From: Trypanosoma brucei
Lineage: Eukaryota
Length of the DNA stretch: 64,000 nucleotides
Assembly (NCBI GenBank): GCA_000002445.1
Contig: CM000208.1
Span: forward strand, 864,001-928,000
Direction: 5' to 3'
Of the stretch, positions 46,284-57,067 are shown piece by piece. Numbering within the stretch: position 1 is the stretch's first letter; each line of letters starts with the position of its first letter. The notes under the pieces were generated by a model. The model made no database searches. It was given only the letters and a program-made list of their open reading frames with translations, and was not told the origin of the DNA. Both the position numbers and the translations under genes were made by a program.

Positions 46284-47903
46284 CTTCCGTTGGCGTCGTG
46301 ACAGTGTGTTCTAAAGAGGAATGGTGTGCTCAACTGTAGAGAAACGAGGTGCGGTGTCGGATGAGAAGAAACGAAAAACAAACAGGGGAACACATTAATG
46401 TGCAGTCGTTTGGAACAGGAAGGAGGAAGAGCATGTGTCGTGTGTCGTGTGTTCAATGACTGTGATGTGGGTGAAATGCAGGAAAAAACTCTGGAATTTC
46501 AATGGTGCTCCAAAGGGAAGCAAGGGAGGAAGGGGATGTGCTTGTGGTTACGTAAATCGGTGGGATATTCGCATTGAGAAAAAAATACGTTGCGAGTTGA
46601 TCTGAAACCTCCAATGACAGTGATGATGATGATGATATAAAAAATGGTACCATTGCCGGCAAGTGGAACACAGTAAGGGTTTCCCTTAGGTTCACATGGG
46701 AACGAAACCGTTGTTCTTTTGGGAAGGGCCGTTGCTTTCATCCTCTTTTTGTTTTCACGGCAGATACTGGCTTCCAATAACACGAAACACGTCAAACACA
46801 TTTTTAAAAATACTTTTGGTTGACGTATTATTTCCCCCTTCCTCTCTTTTTATTCTCCCACATCCCCCCTTCCCTTGTCGATCCGCTACTGCTAGTCTCA
46901 CCACGTTACAGAATTGTGTGACATGACACAAGAAAAAAAAAATTACCCATTCAAACCGAACACTAAACCCTAAAGGAGACGACATTAAATGAAGGGAAAC
47001 AAAAGTTTACCCTTTTTTTTGTTGTTTGAAGTACTGTTGTACCACATTAATTAACTGCGTGCACTATTGACCAACTTCTCTTTCTATTTTTTTTTTTTTG
47101 ACTTCTCTTGTTAAGGGATAAACAAAACATTCTACTAAATCAGGTAATTGATAAGTTGGCGTGTGTTGGAGGTCCGTATGTTACCGAATGGTGCAGGTTT
47201 CTCCATTTGTATGCAACCGCAGGGGAAATGCAACCCCAACGTTGCTCATAATTCCTCACCCTCTAAACGTAACGCAGCATCCTTAAGCGTTAGAAACAAT
47301 AATAATTGGGCGAGGGGAGAGCGACATCTGTTTTGCTTCGCGTTTCTCTTTTCTGTTTTATGCATCATGTGAAGAAGGAGTTGTGGAAGGCGAAATATCT
47401 TCGGGGTTTAATAATAAGGAGGAAGGTACGCGGCATTGATGGTATTGAAGCGCATTGTGAAATGTTTTTCTTCCCCCTTTTTTTCGTCAGCAGCGGTGTT
47501 GCGGGCCGACCCCCGCCATCTCATATAATTGCCGTTCTGGAAGGCATGTGGTGGAAACAAAAAGTGGAAGGTCCCCCTTTTTCTTGTTTTTTTTTTCATC
47601 TCTCTCTCTCTCTCTTCCCTTGTGGAGCGACTGTAGCGAGCATCCCATTATAATAAGGCGAGTCATTACTATGCCGAAGTGTCCGTATTGTGTAAGATTG
47701 ATCCTATACCGTTATTTGTATTGAAGATCATACGACCATGTGACACGCGGTTTCCCTTTTTGTTATAACAAATTATACTGTTACGCCTTTTTGTGTGTTC
47801 TTTGTTTTTTTTTGTTCTTTTAGTGTAGTGGTAGTGAGCATATATTTTAAACCTTGTAGGCAAAGTCTTTAAAAAAAAAAAAAAAGACCGTTAGATTCAA
47901 TAG

Positions 47904-47944
47904 TTCTTTTTTCTTTTTCTTAGCTGACTTGCCACTGTTTTTGT
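47904..47944 (+). promoter_or_regulatory. Polypyrimidine tract, putative trans-splice acceptor region for the gene at 47945.
   Basis: A agttcttttttctttttcttagctgacttgccactgtttttgt run sits directly upstream of the ATG. Confidence 0.4.
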
Positions 47945-49093
47945 ATGGATCCTTTGGACGATTGGGACGTCGTTGGGGCCGATGATTTTACACCTCGTGT
48001 TTCCAGTGGTGACAAAAATGAGGATCCGAGTACAAAGAAAGATGCCGATGATTCTTTATTAAACCATGAAGAAAATGCCGTTAGCAGTAAAGATTCCGTA
48101 AATGTTTATAACACTCCCTCTTTTGTGAAAAGTAAATGTAGAATCCCTTCCGAGCCTCAGGTCGTAAGAAATGATAGTACACCTTCCAATAATTACAATA
48201 TTGTTGCAAGTCCCGGCAATGAAGGTGAGCCTTCAGTACAGCGCCCACCGGCGCATCGTGAAATTACTGGAGCTAGTGTTCTGCAAGCACGGGGAATATT
48301 ACATGAAAGCTTTGACAACAGTAATGCGCAAGAAGTTGTTCATCGCTGTCAATATGTAAAACATGCGGTGGAACCGCAGCAAAATTCCGTGAGCGCGGTT
48401 TCCAATTCAAGATTATATAATTTGATTGGAAAGCTGTTGTGTGCGGGGCAGTTATTGGGTTTGGCGACGCCCATTAGTGACGGGGAGGAACAGAATTGTT
48501 GGGCATTATCAGTTAAGTTGTGGAGTCACACGTCGTGTATCATTAAACAGATGGGCTCTGCTGGACAACTTATGTGTTTTATGGCATTTCTTTACTTTGT
48601 TTCCGCTGCCCCAGTGGGACGGAATAAGACGGAACACTGCAGTCCCTCCATCAACTGTTGCAGTCTTTTTAAGGATGGTGTACGGTATTTTTGTTATTTG
48701 CTATTTCTAGTGGGACCACTACTTCGCATTGCGGAGTTTGCTGTCCAAAAGAGGTCCTTTGGTAAAGCGCTGCACGGCTGTGAGGTTGGAGGAAGGGCGC
48801 ATAAAATAGTGTGTAAAGCAGTTACATGGTTTGGTAAGTGCATACTAACGACTGCATTAATCGTGCCGCAAGAACCAAAGGGAGGAGCGGCGGTTAGTTA
48901 TGTGACTGCCAAAGAAACAGTGGGTAGTTGTAAAACCAAAGTTAGCGATACAACGGAGTGTTTTGCTAGAGTGAACAGCGCCTCGGAGAAGTCGGTTCTT
49001 GGAGTGAACCGTCTCTTGTTTGTCGTTGTTTGCATTTCACTAGTTTCAATTATGCGCGATGCTGAAGAGCGTTGTACCCCTTCATCCCGCTGA
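47945..49093 (+). CDS. Hypothetical protein of 382 aa with an acidic/Ser-rich N-terminus and a Cys-rich C-terminal half.
   Basis: ATG at 47945 directly after the polypyrimidine tract. Uninterrupted + strand ORF with no recognisable domain. Confidence 0.5.
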   Translation: MDPLDDWDVVGADDFTPRVSSGDKNEDPSTKKDADDSLLNHEENAVSSKDSVNVYNTPSFVKSKCRIPSEPQVVRNDSTPSNNYNIVASPGNEGEPSVQRPPAHREITGASVLQARGILHESFDNSNAQEVVHRCQYVKHAVEPQQNSVSAVSNSRLYNLIGKLLCAGQLLGLATPISDGEEQNCWALSVKLWSHTSCIIKQMGSAGQLMCFMAFLYFVSAAPVGRNKTEHCSPSINCCSLFKDGVRYFCYLLFLVGPLLRIAEFAVQKRSFGKALHGCEVGGRAHKIVCKAVTWFGKCILTTALIVPQEPKGGAAVSYVTAKETVGSCKTKVSDTTECFARVNSASEKSVLGVNRLLFVVVCISLVSIMRDAEERCTPSSR

Positions 49094-50433
49094 TACGATT
49101 TTTGGTTATGATAATCACCACAGCACACGGTGCTACCTTTATTTCAGTGAAACTGCTTAATGTTTTGTTTAAGGGACGGCTCCGCAACGGAAACGGGTGT
49201 AGAAGAAGAACAAAAAAAATGAGAGAAGAGAAGTTAATATGATTAAGTTGGAAAGAAAAAGTGGGCGTTTGCATGTGGGTATGTGTGCTTTCCAAGCATG
49301 AATACTGGATTTTGCCTTAGTTCGAACCCCTGGCTTGCGCTTGACTTCTTTTTTTTGTTTCCACATATATATATATATGTCATTGTTAGCATTTTTATGC
49401 TAGTTGCGTTATCTTTTTTTGCTTTATTGTTCGTTCACTCCCTCTTTTACCCCCCCCCCTCATCACATTATATATACGTATATGTTCACGAGTATGTATG
49501 TTTCAGTTGTGGTTTTGTGTGCTTCCTGAAAAAAACGGCTGTTCCATCCAGTGACTTCGAAATGGGAGGTGGAAGTAATAAAAAAAAAAGACGAAACAGA
49601 GGGGAAAGAAAGTTTCATATTACATTACTTATCACATTCCAACCAATTGTGGTTTCGGTAATTTTCAGGTGAACTAAGACAAATAATAGGTAAAAAAATA
49701 AATGAGAAGAAAATAACAGAAATGATGAAGCCGGGGTTGAAACTTGCTTCTGTTGGAAAAGGAAGAAATCGTGTGAGGTCATATTTTTCTCGGATTTATT
49801 CCTGTTGTTGTTTGATTAGTTTCTTTTTGGAGTTCTCTTCCTTACGTTTATCTCCTTTTTTTTTTGTTCGGTTACTTTCACGGTTCTTTCCCGCAAGCGC
49901 AAATGTATCTATCGTGGTTTTGTCAGACCATATCTATGTTTGCGTTTACATATTTAGTCTTACTTTAATGTCAACTTTGCGTCATTTATTCAGGCTCCCT
50001 TGTAATACTTTCCACTCGCCTCTCGTACGCCCAGGGAAGGGGGCAGCAGCAACGAGAAAGGAAGGGCTAACGCGAAATATATACATATATATGCCAGAAA
50101 AATATTTCAAATACGAAACAGATGGACAAAAAACATGAATTATTCAAAACAAAGCAAAAGAAGTGAGAGGAACGGAATGTGGACACTCTTTTTTTCTCTC
50201 TCTCTCTCTTACATTTCGTACCATTAGCAAGTGGTCACACAAGTGCAATTGACGCTACTGCGTGTAATTTAATGGCTCAATGGGGGTTGAAACCCGTGCA
50301 TGAAGGATTTCCATCATCTTTTAAAACCAAACATTATTTCCACTTCTCCTGCTTCTCGTCGCCCCCCCTTTTTTGTTTTCACGCCCTCGCTGCCACATCA
50401 TCTATTGTAGTATTCTGTTCCCTGAGGTGAAAG

Positions 50434-51114
50434 ATGAAGCTTCTAAAGTTCGTCAACTGTGATGCCCCAAACGTGAGCCCGGAAGCTCTTCACTTCTCAA
50501 TGTCAAGACAACGTGTTTCGCTTCACAGCGGTGACACTTCCGATAGGAGATCTGGAAGCAGAAGTTCCGCAACTGAGGGTAATGCATCTATAGGGAAAAC
50601 GTGGCGCATTGCGGAGGGAGGAACCCCAATAACTGGAGGTTATTGGTTGTTGGGCGATAACAATGAGCCAATAGGCCCTGTTCAGGAGGTTATACTTGCC
50701 GTCCCGGAGGTTAAGGAGGCTGATGTTACTCCACGAGGCATCAACGAATCTGTTGTGAAAAATGTAGAGTTTTTCAGTAAATTTGGAAGGTCCATGCAGC
50801 GAACCAGGGAAACATTTGGCGATACGTATTTGTCTGCTCCCAAAAGCGTTATTCCTCTATCGGATGCGGAGCGAACCTTTGCGAAACGGGCAGAGAGGGC
50901 GCGTATGCCTCTGAAGCGAAGAGCAGAGGCGGTAGATGCTGAAGGGGGGCCCGGCGGTGAGGTAGTGGCGGCAGCGGCAACGGCAACGGCAGCGGCAGCA
51001 AATCCAACAGCATGTGTGGAACCCAGCCCGCGTCCCGTTAAGAAAGAGAAGAAAAGCAAAAAGATCACTACCCCGACTCTTACTCCGGTGCGAAGCATTA
51101 AAAAGGAAACGTGA
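50434..51114 (+). CDS. Hypothetical small basic protein of 226 aa with a poly-Ala/Thr stretch and a Lys-rich C-terminus (KKEKKSKK), possibly nuclear.
   Basis: ATG at 50434 preceded by a polypyrimidine tract at 50370-50425. Contains a (GCN)n coding repeat at 50964..51000 giving AAATATAAAA. Confidence 0.45.
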   Translation: MKLLKFVNCDAPNVSPEALHFSMSRQRVSLHSGDTSDRRSGSRSSATEGNASIGKTWRIAEGGTPITGGYWLLGDNNEPIGPVQEVILAVPEVKEADVTPRGINESVVKNVEFFSKFGRSMQRTRETFGDTYLSAPKSVIPLSDAERTFAKRAERARMPLKRRAEAVDAEGGPGGEVVAAAATATAAAANPTACVEPSPRPVKKEKKSKKITTPTLTPVRSIKKET

Positions 51115-51472
51115 TACATCAGGGACCGAAGTATGTCGCCTCCCATCGTGACGCCGTGTGCTATGAGAGTTTGTTTTTTCTTTTTTCTTTTTCTAAGTTT
51201 GAATACTGTGTGAGTATGCTTGTGTTATGGGACATTCAGTTGAGGGTGGTGCTTGCGCATTTACTCGGTTTGTACGTTCAAAAAAAAAGGGGGTTAAATA
51301 TTGTGTGTGTTTGTGTGTGTGTTTGTGAACGTGTGGTATCGATCGTGGTGTTTACGACAGCGGATCAGCATTGAAATAAAAGAGGATTTTACGCAGCTGA
51401 GACTTCCAAAAGGGAGTGGATGAAAAATGGAGGAGGGGAAAAAATTGTAAGTAGATTGCTTTTTCTTTTCAC

Positions 51473-51476
<4 letters not shown>

Positions 51477-51526
<50 letters not shown>
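51477..51526. repeat. (AT)25 microsatellite in an intergenic region.
   Basis: Read directly: 50 nt of perfect AT dinucleotide repeat. Confidence 0.95.
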
Positions 51527-51531
<5 letters not shown>

Positions 51532-53102
51532 CTCATTTATTAGTTCTGTTTGTTTTGTGATATAAAAGAAACCGGACAAAATATCTGGCAGCTTTTTCTC
51601 CAAGAAGAAGAGAAGGAGCTGAAAAAAATATCAACATTAATAACAGGTAAAAGTGATATATTCTAAAAAATAAGTTTTTTTTAAAAAAGGAATCAGAACT
51701 TACCGACAGAAACAATAAAAACAAAGAAAAATGAAAAAAAAAGAAAAGAAAAGTATTCCACGCATTTATTTTCCACTTCCCACAGAAATCCCGAACCTTC
51801 TTTCTTTCAATAATTTACTGATTTTGGTTTCGACATACCGTTGCTGCAAGAAATCAACGCTGTTTTGTTTTAAGGGGAAAATAAATATTATATAAACAAA
51901 CGCGTAATAAACAAATGGAGGAAAGAAAGAAAAAGATGTGCCGGTTTAAGGTTGAATATAAAGCATAAAAATGTTTGGACGCGGCAACGTTAAGAGTACT
52001 GATGTGCGCGTGTACTCTTATGCGGTCGCAGAGTTAAATAATTTATAATGACTACGGTTAAACTCCTTACTGTTCCGCTCTCTTACACCTCACTGTAACC
52101 CATTTCACTAGCACTCAACTGTATGTATGTGTTTGTTTATTACACACCCACCCTCTTTTGATTCACTACCCTCCGCCTCGACGTTATCTTGTAATGTTAC
52201 TTTCCTTCTCTTCCATTTATATAGATAAATATTTAAGGAAAAAGTAAAGTTTTTCACTCTCTCCTCAAAAAAAAAAAATGCAACAATAAGATCAAATGAA
52301 GTTTACTGGGATTTGCTGTTTTGTTAACTACAGTAAAGGTGTGATCAACTTTATTTGTATGTGAAGAAAGTGTTGAGTTTGATCGATCTGACAAGTTGTG
52401 TACTGACATAGTAGAGTAAATGAGTGAATGCGTTACGACAGCTGCGGTTGATCGATGCAACTGTGCGTACTTGATTACACGACGCCACGTCAAAGGAGCG
52501 TACCCAACGGATCGATCGATGAAAATCATATTGCTGTCTTTCTTTTACGTGGTACTTTTTCGTCGTATTTGTCTTTTTTTTTTTTTTGCGATGGCTGAGG
52601 TAGGGATCTTCAAATTTTTTTTTCAGTATGTCACCGCCACTATCTTTACTCCTAGTTTTTAGTGTCAATTTTTTTTTCATACTTTGGGGAACTGACCCCT
52701 AACTATGTCGCAATTGGTGACCCCTCCCCGCGAGAATAAATGTTAATAACAAGTTGTGAAATGCAAAAAGAAAAAGTAAATCGAATGGTTGTATAGTTTT
52801 TGAACGATGCAAATAAGTCGGTACAAGTAACAAAAGAACTTTTCTAAGTAAATATGTAGTTCCTATGTAATCTCACACTTTCACTCCCTTCCTTTGCTTT
52901 GCTTTGATATTCTATTGACATATCACTTGTTCAAATGTCGCTAAGCCCCTCCAACATATCTGCCCACTCTTATTATAATACCGTACTAAACCCAGCTGAA
53001 AGGGGGCTGAGGCGGGAGTAATACGGATATACGATTTTTTTCAGGGAAAGAAAATAGTGGAGCGACGAGTTGTACACACTTTCTTTAATATCCTGCTACA
53101 TT

Positions 53103-56100
53103 ATGTATGCGGCTGGTCGCTTCACCGTCCCGTTTCCGTTCGAGCCATATCCGTTGCAACTCCACGCCATGGAAGCAATCCGGGAGGGTCTCTCAGCGGG
53201 TGATGTTGTTGTGCTCGAATCACCTACAGGAACAGGGAAAACACAAATTCTGCTCAATGGTGTACTTTCACATATGTTCGAACCTGTCGTTACTTCAGTA
53301 GAGCATGGGATTGCAGAAAGCCATGAAGTGACTGGGGAATCGCGCCCTACCGGGGAAGTGTGTGCGGATAGTGGAGATGGTTGCCCTTCTTTCGAAGAGC
53401 ATCGTAAGCATCAAAGGAAGCGGCGTAAAAGAGAACGGGAAAAGAGAAGGAAGGAGACGTTTAACTTTGGTGGCACAAGCAGCTCAAGAGATCCGTTCCT
53501 GGTGGATCAGGATGTTCGCGAGGAGGCGCAAGAACTAAGTCGTTGTGGCGCTTTAGCAGATTGTCTGTCATCTTCATCTTCATCACGCTCATCCTCAGTG
53601 TCTCATCTGGGGGGCGAGGGAGATAAATCCGATGAAGATGTTGAAGTACAGCCTCTGAGGAAACCAAAGGTGTATTTCTCTAGTCGTACTCACACACAGT
53701 TGCAACAAGTCACAGACGAGTTGCGCCGGACCGTCTTTTGTCAGAATCTTGTCCGACGGCGTTCATGCAACTCTGTTGAAAAAGATGGCCTCGCTTCAAA
53801 GGTCTTTGAGGATGCACATAAATCTCCGTTTGTGGAACCGCGGAAACTCCGTTATGTACATGTGGCCGGGAGACAGCAACTGTGTCTTAATGCGTCTCTG
53901 AAGGCCGCTGCCGGTGGGAGCAATGAACGACTCAATGAACTATGCTTGGAGGCTATGGCGTACGAATACTCGAAGGAGGGCAAGACAGCGCGGAAACAGA
54001 AACTGCAGAGGGGCTGCGCAGATTCCTCTCTACCTGACATTGAAGATAGTTTGGGTTCGAGCACCGTTAGCAGAAGGGGTTGTGGCTACTGTCAGAAGGA
54101 GAAGCTTAAAATTCTCCGCGATTACGTGAATATTGAACCTCGCGACCTATCGCAGATGCGGGAACTGGGTCAGCGAGTCGGTGCTTGTCCGTTTCTCGTT
54201 ACACGTGAGGTTCTTCGTGGGGCGGACGTTGTGTTTATCCCGTATAGTTATCTCGTTTCATCAGAGATGCGCAATGCGCTGCTTGCGGGAAATGCAACAA
54301 ACGAGCACCCTACTGATTTAACACCTCAAACACAAGTTGTATCGCAAGGACTAAGTTCCACATGCAGAGCAGGTTCAACAAGTACACATAGTAGTTACCC
54401 TACGGTGCCCTCCAAGCAACGATGGGAAATCCAAAATGGGAGACGAGTCCCGATACTACCTCCTGATTTCAGCGGTGACGTGATTGTTGTCGATGAGGCA
54501 CATAACCTTGTGGATTACTGTCGTAATGTGACGACAGCAGAGGTAACATTGCCGGAGTTACAAGTGATACGTCGGCTGCTAGACGGATACCGCCTGCGGT
54601 ACGAAAAGAGACTACTAACTAGGAACAAACAACGTCTTCGTGAAATGGTGGCATTTGTTGACAAACTTGCACAACACTTACAGGAAGCAGGGAAGAAATC
54701 CACCCCAACTGCAACGGCAAGCACCTTTATTAACTTCACATTTGATGCTGAAGTTGATACTGTGAATGTCCACCTCTTTCTTAGTTTCTTGGATGAGAGT
54801 CGATTACTACCAAAGTTGCACGGTCTCCTGGCGCAAATGGTCGCGCAAGTGGAGGCGCAGATTAGCCAACCCTCAGGGAAGACAACGAAGTGGCGCCCAA
54901 CGTCATCATATAGCGATGAGAATATTTGTTCGGATACCACAAATGAATATGCTGACCCAATTGAGGCGCTTTTGCATTCACCGGCTGAGGATCGCCGATC
55001 GATAGCAGCCACGCTGTATCGTTTTGAAACGTTTCTACGGTGGTATGGACTATCTGACGAGTACACACGCGTGATACTAAGGCGTTTGCCCTCTGAAAAC
55101 GGCAGCAGGGAAATGTGCAGGGTTACGTTAGAGTTGCTACAACTGGAATTGGGAACGCACACGATGTTCCCTGTGCTTCAGCAGGCCCACGCCGCCGTGT
55201 TGGCGGGTGGGACGATGAAACCTCTTGCTCTAACTTGTGACCTTCTACTGAAGCAATCTGCACCAACTAAGGAGTTATCGGTGCTAAAAAACATTAGTTC
55301 TCTGCCGTGTGGAACCAGGGAAGAAGAGGCTGGCGAACAAGCTAAGAAAATTCGTTTCACAGAAGAAGGACATGTAGTTCCACCATCGTCCATAGCAGTG
55401 TTTACGTTGGCAACCGGGCCGGGTGGACAGCGTTTGGAATTTCAGCATGCTCGACGGCAGTCATGGCCAAAGATTTTTGAAGGTGTTGGTACAGCGCTTC
55501 TCAACTTTTGCCGAGTAATCCCCGCGGGAATGATAGTTTTCTTTACTTCATACGAGATAGAGGAACTTTTTGTTAATACCATTCGCAGTTCCGGTATGTA
55601 CGATACGATCAACGCAGTGAAGCGAATATTTCGGGAACCCGGGTCCGCTAGGAATGCAAGTTCTACTCCCGGTTACAGCAGTGGGTGTCAAGCCGCGGCC
55701 TCCACAACTGTTGATTCGATGCTTGAAGAGTACGCCTCATGGATTCGCTCAGAACGCTCATCTGGAGCACTTCTATTCGCCGTAATTGGGGGTAAGTTAT
55801 CGGAAGGCATTAATTTCAATGATGATCTTGGACGCGCTGTTGTTGTTGTGGGTCTTCCCTACGCCAATATCAGCGAGGTGGATCTGCAACTGCACCTTCG
55901 ACATGTGGCGGACACGCGGGTGAGAACTTTATTACCATCCTCTGCTAACATTGCTACGGGGAGCATTACCACCGATAGCACTGACCAGGTTACGGTTGTA
56001 CCTGATGGAGAATTTCCGGCATCACCATCCTCTGCAATGGAGTGGGGTTTATTGACAGACTTGTGCATGCGCTCCGTCAATCAAAGTATTGGGCGTTGCA

Positions 56101-56273
56101 TCCGTCACGCCTCTGACTACGCCGCTGTCATCCTACTGGATGCACGTTACGTTGAACGGAGAGACATACGTCGTCGTATTCCTTCATGGATGCAACCATC
56201 CATCCATGTTGCCCAAAACTTTGGCGACTGCTTCCGCCGTGTTCGGGATTTTTTTATCGAGCGGCGGAAGTGA
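53103..56273 (+). CDS. ATP-dependent DNA helicase of the Rad3/XPD family, DDX11/Chl1-like (Fe-S helicase).
   Basis: N-terminal FPFEPYPLQLHAMEAI...VVVLESPTGTGKT (Walker A, DEAD_2 domain), DEAH box IVVDEAHNL, a long insert in helicase domain 1, and a C-terminal HELICc2 region (GALLFAVIGGKLSEGINFNDDLGRAVVVVGLPYANISEVDLQLHLRHV) closely matching ChlR1/DDX11. First ATG is 53103; the track ORF starts at a TTG at 53070. Confidence 0.85.
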   Translation: MYAAGRFTVPFPFEPYPLQLHAMEAIREGLSAGDVVVLESPTGTGKTQILLNGVLSHMFEPVVTSVEHGIAESHEVTGESRPTGEVCADSGDGCPSFEEHRKHQRKRRKREREKRRKETFNFGGTSSSRDPFLVDQDVREEAQELSRCGALADCLSSSSSSRSSSVSHLGGEGDKSDEDVEVQPLRKPKVYFSSRTHTQLQQVTDELRRTVFCQNLVRRRSCNSVEKDGLASKVFEDAHKSPFVEPRKLRYVHVAGRQQLCLNASLKAAAGGSNERLNELCLEAMAYEYSKEGKTARKQKLQRGCADSSLPDIEDSLGSSTVSRRGCGYCQKEKLKILRDYVNIEPRDLSQMRELGQRVGACPFLVTREVLRGADVVFIPYSYLVSSEMRNALLAGNATNEHPTDLTPQTQVVSQGLSSTCRAGSTSTHSSYPTVPSKQRWEIQNGRRVPILPPDFSGDVIVVDEAHNLVDYCRNVTTAEVTLPELQVIRRLLDGYRLRYEKRLLTRNKQRLREMVAFVDKLAQHLQEAGKKSTPTATASTFINFTFDAEVDTVNVHLFLSFLDESRLLPKLHGLLAQMVAQVEAQISQPSGKTTKWRPTSSYSDENICSDTTNEYADPIEALLHSPAEDRRSIAATLYRFETFLRWYGLSDEYTRVILRRLPSENGSREMCRVTLELLQLELGTHTMFPVLQQAHAAVLAGGTMKPLALTCDLLLKQSAPTKELSVLKNISSLPCGTREEEAGEQAKKIRFTEEGHVVPPSSIAVFTLATGPGGQRLEFQHARRQSWPKIFEGVGTALLNFCRVIPAGMIVFFTSYEIEELFVNTIRSSGMYDTINAVKRIFREPGSARNASSTPGYSSGCQAAASTTVDSMLEEYASWIRSERSSGALLFAVIGGKLSEGINFNDDLGRAVVVVGLPYANISEVDLQLHLRHVADTRVRTLLPSSANIATGSITTDSTDQVTVVPDGEFPASPSSAMEWGLLTDLCMRSVNQSIGRCIRHASDYAAVILLDARYVERRDIRRRIPSWMQPSIHVAQNFGDCFRRVRDFFIERRK

Positions 56274-57067
56274 CGAATCAATGTTGTGTTTGATGGGGAG
56301 GAGGGTTGCCTGAACCGGGTGAGGTGGATGACGTCTCTGCACATTTTTTTTTCTTACTTCTTCCTGGCGGTTTGTTGTGCTAATTTGTGCGTGCGTGTCT
56401 CCTTCACTTAAGTGTGTTTTGACGATGAATACGTTACTTTTTCCTTAAATTTTTTGCATCGAAGCGGAAGTGAATAAAGGCGTCGGGGATTTGTTGCGCA
56501 CACACATTGGTTCTCGACTTCCTTCGCCCCTCGGTTACCTGAGCGGTGTAGGTGGAGGAAGGGTACAGCGAAATGGAAATCTCTCGTAGCAGCTGTGCTA
56601 AGAGATTTGTAATAGTTTTTTTTTGTGTGTGTCATGGTTTTTCATTAGTATCTATTTCACATACCTGCTTTCGCAGGTAAACTTTTTGAAATCTGTATCA
56701 TACTTGCATCTCTTTTTTTTTTTTTGTAATCAATCAGCCACAGTTGTGTTCACCTTTTTTAATAACTACTGTGACGACATATAAGTTATCGCACCACAAC
56801 TGCATGTGCTCAGCAATGGCAGGTTCTTTTTGAGGGTGGTAAAATTTTTGGCGGTTGATTATATTTTGTTTGTTGCGAATAACGTTGTTTTTGTGAGATG
56901 CGTCGCACTCTTTGTTTTTATCTGTAAAACGTATGCAACAGTTTTTTTTTTTAACCTTGATACTTCTCAAAAAAGGGGGGGAGGACGATTACGAAGTTTA
57001 CGTGCGGTCGATTAGGACGGACGAGATATTCGGAACGAGAGCAGGATTAAAAGGTGTAAAAATTGAG

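Noticed and set aside
49320-49330. tRNA T-arm-like string gttcgaacccc.
   Set aside because: The flanking sequence cannot form acceptor or D/anticodon stems, so there is no cloverleaf. Judged a chance match.
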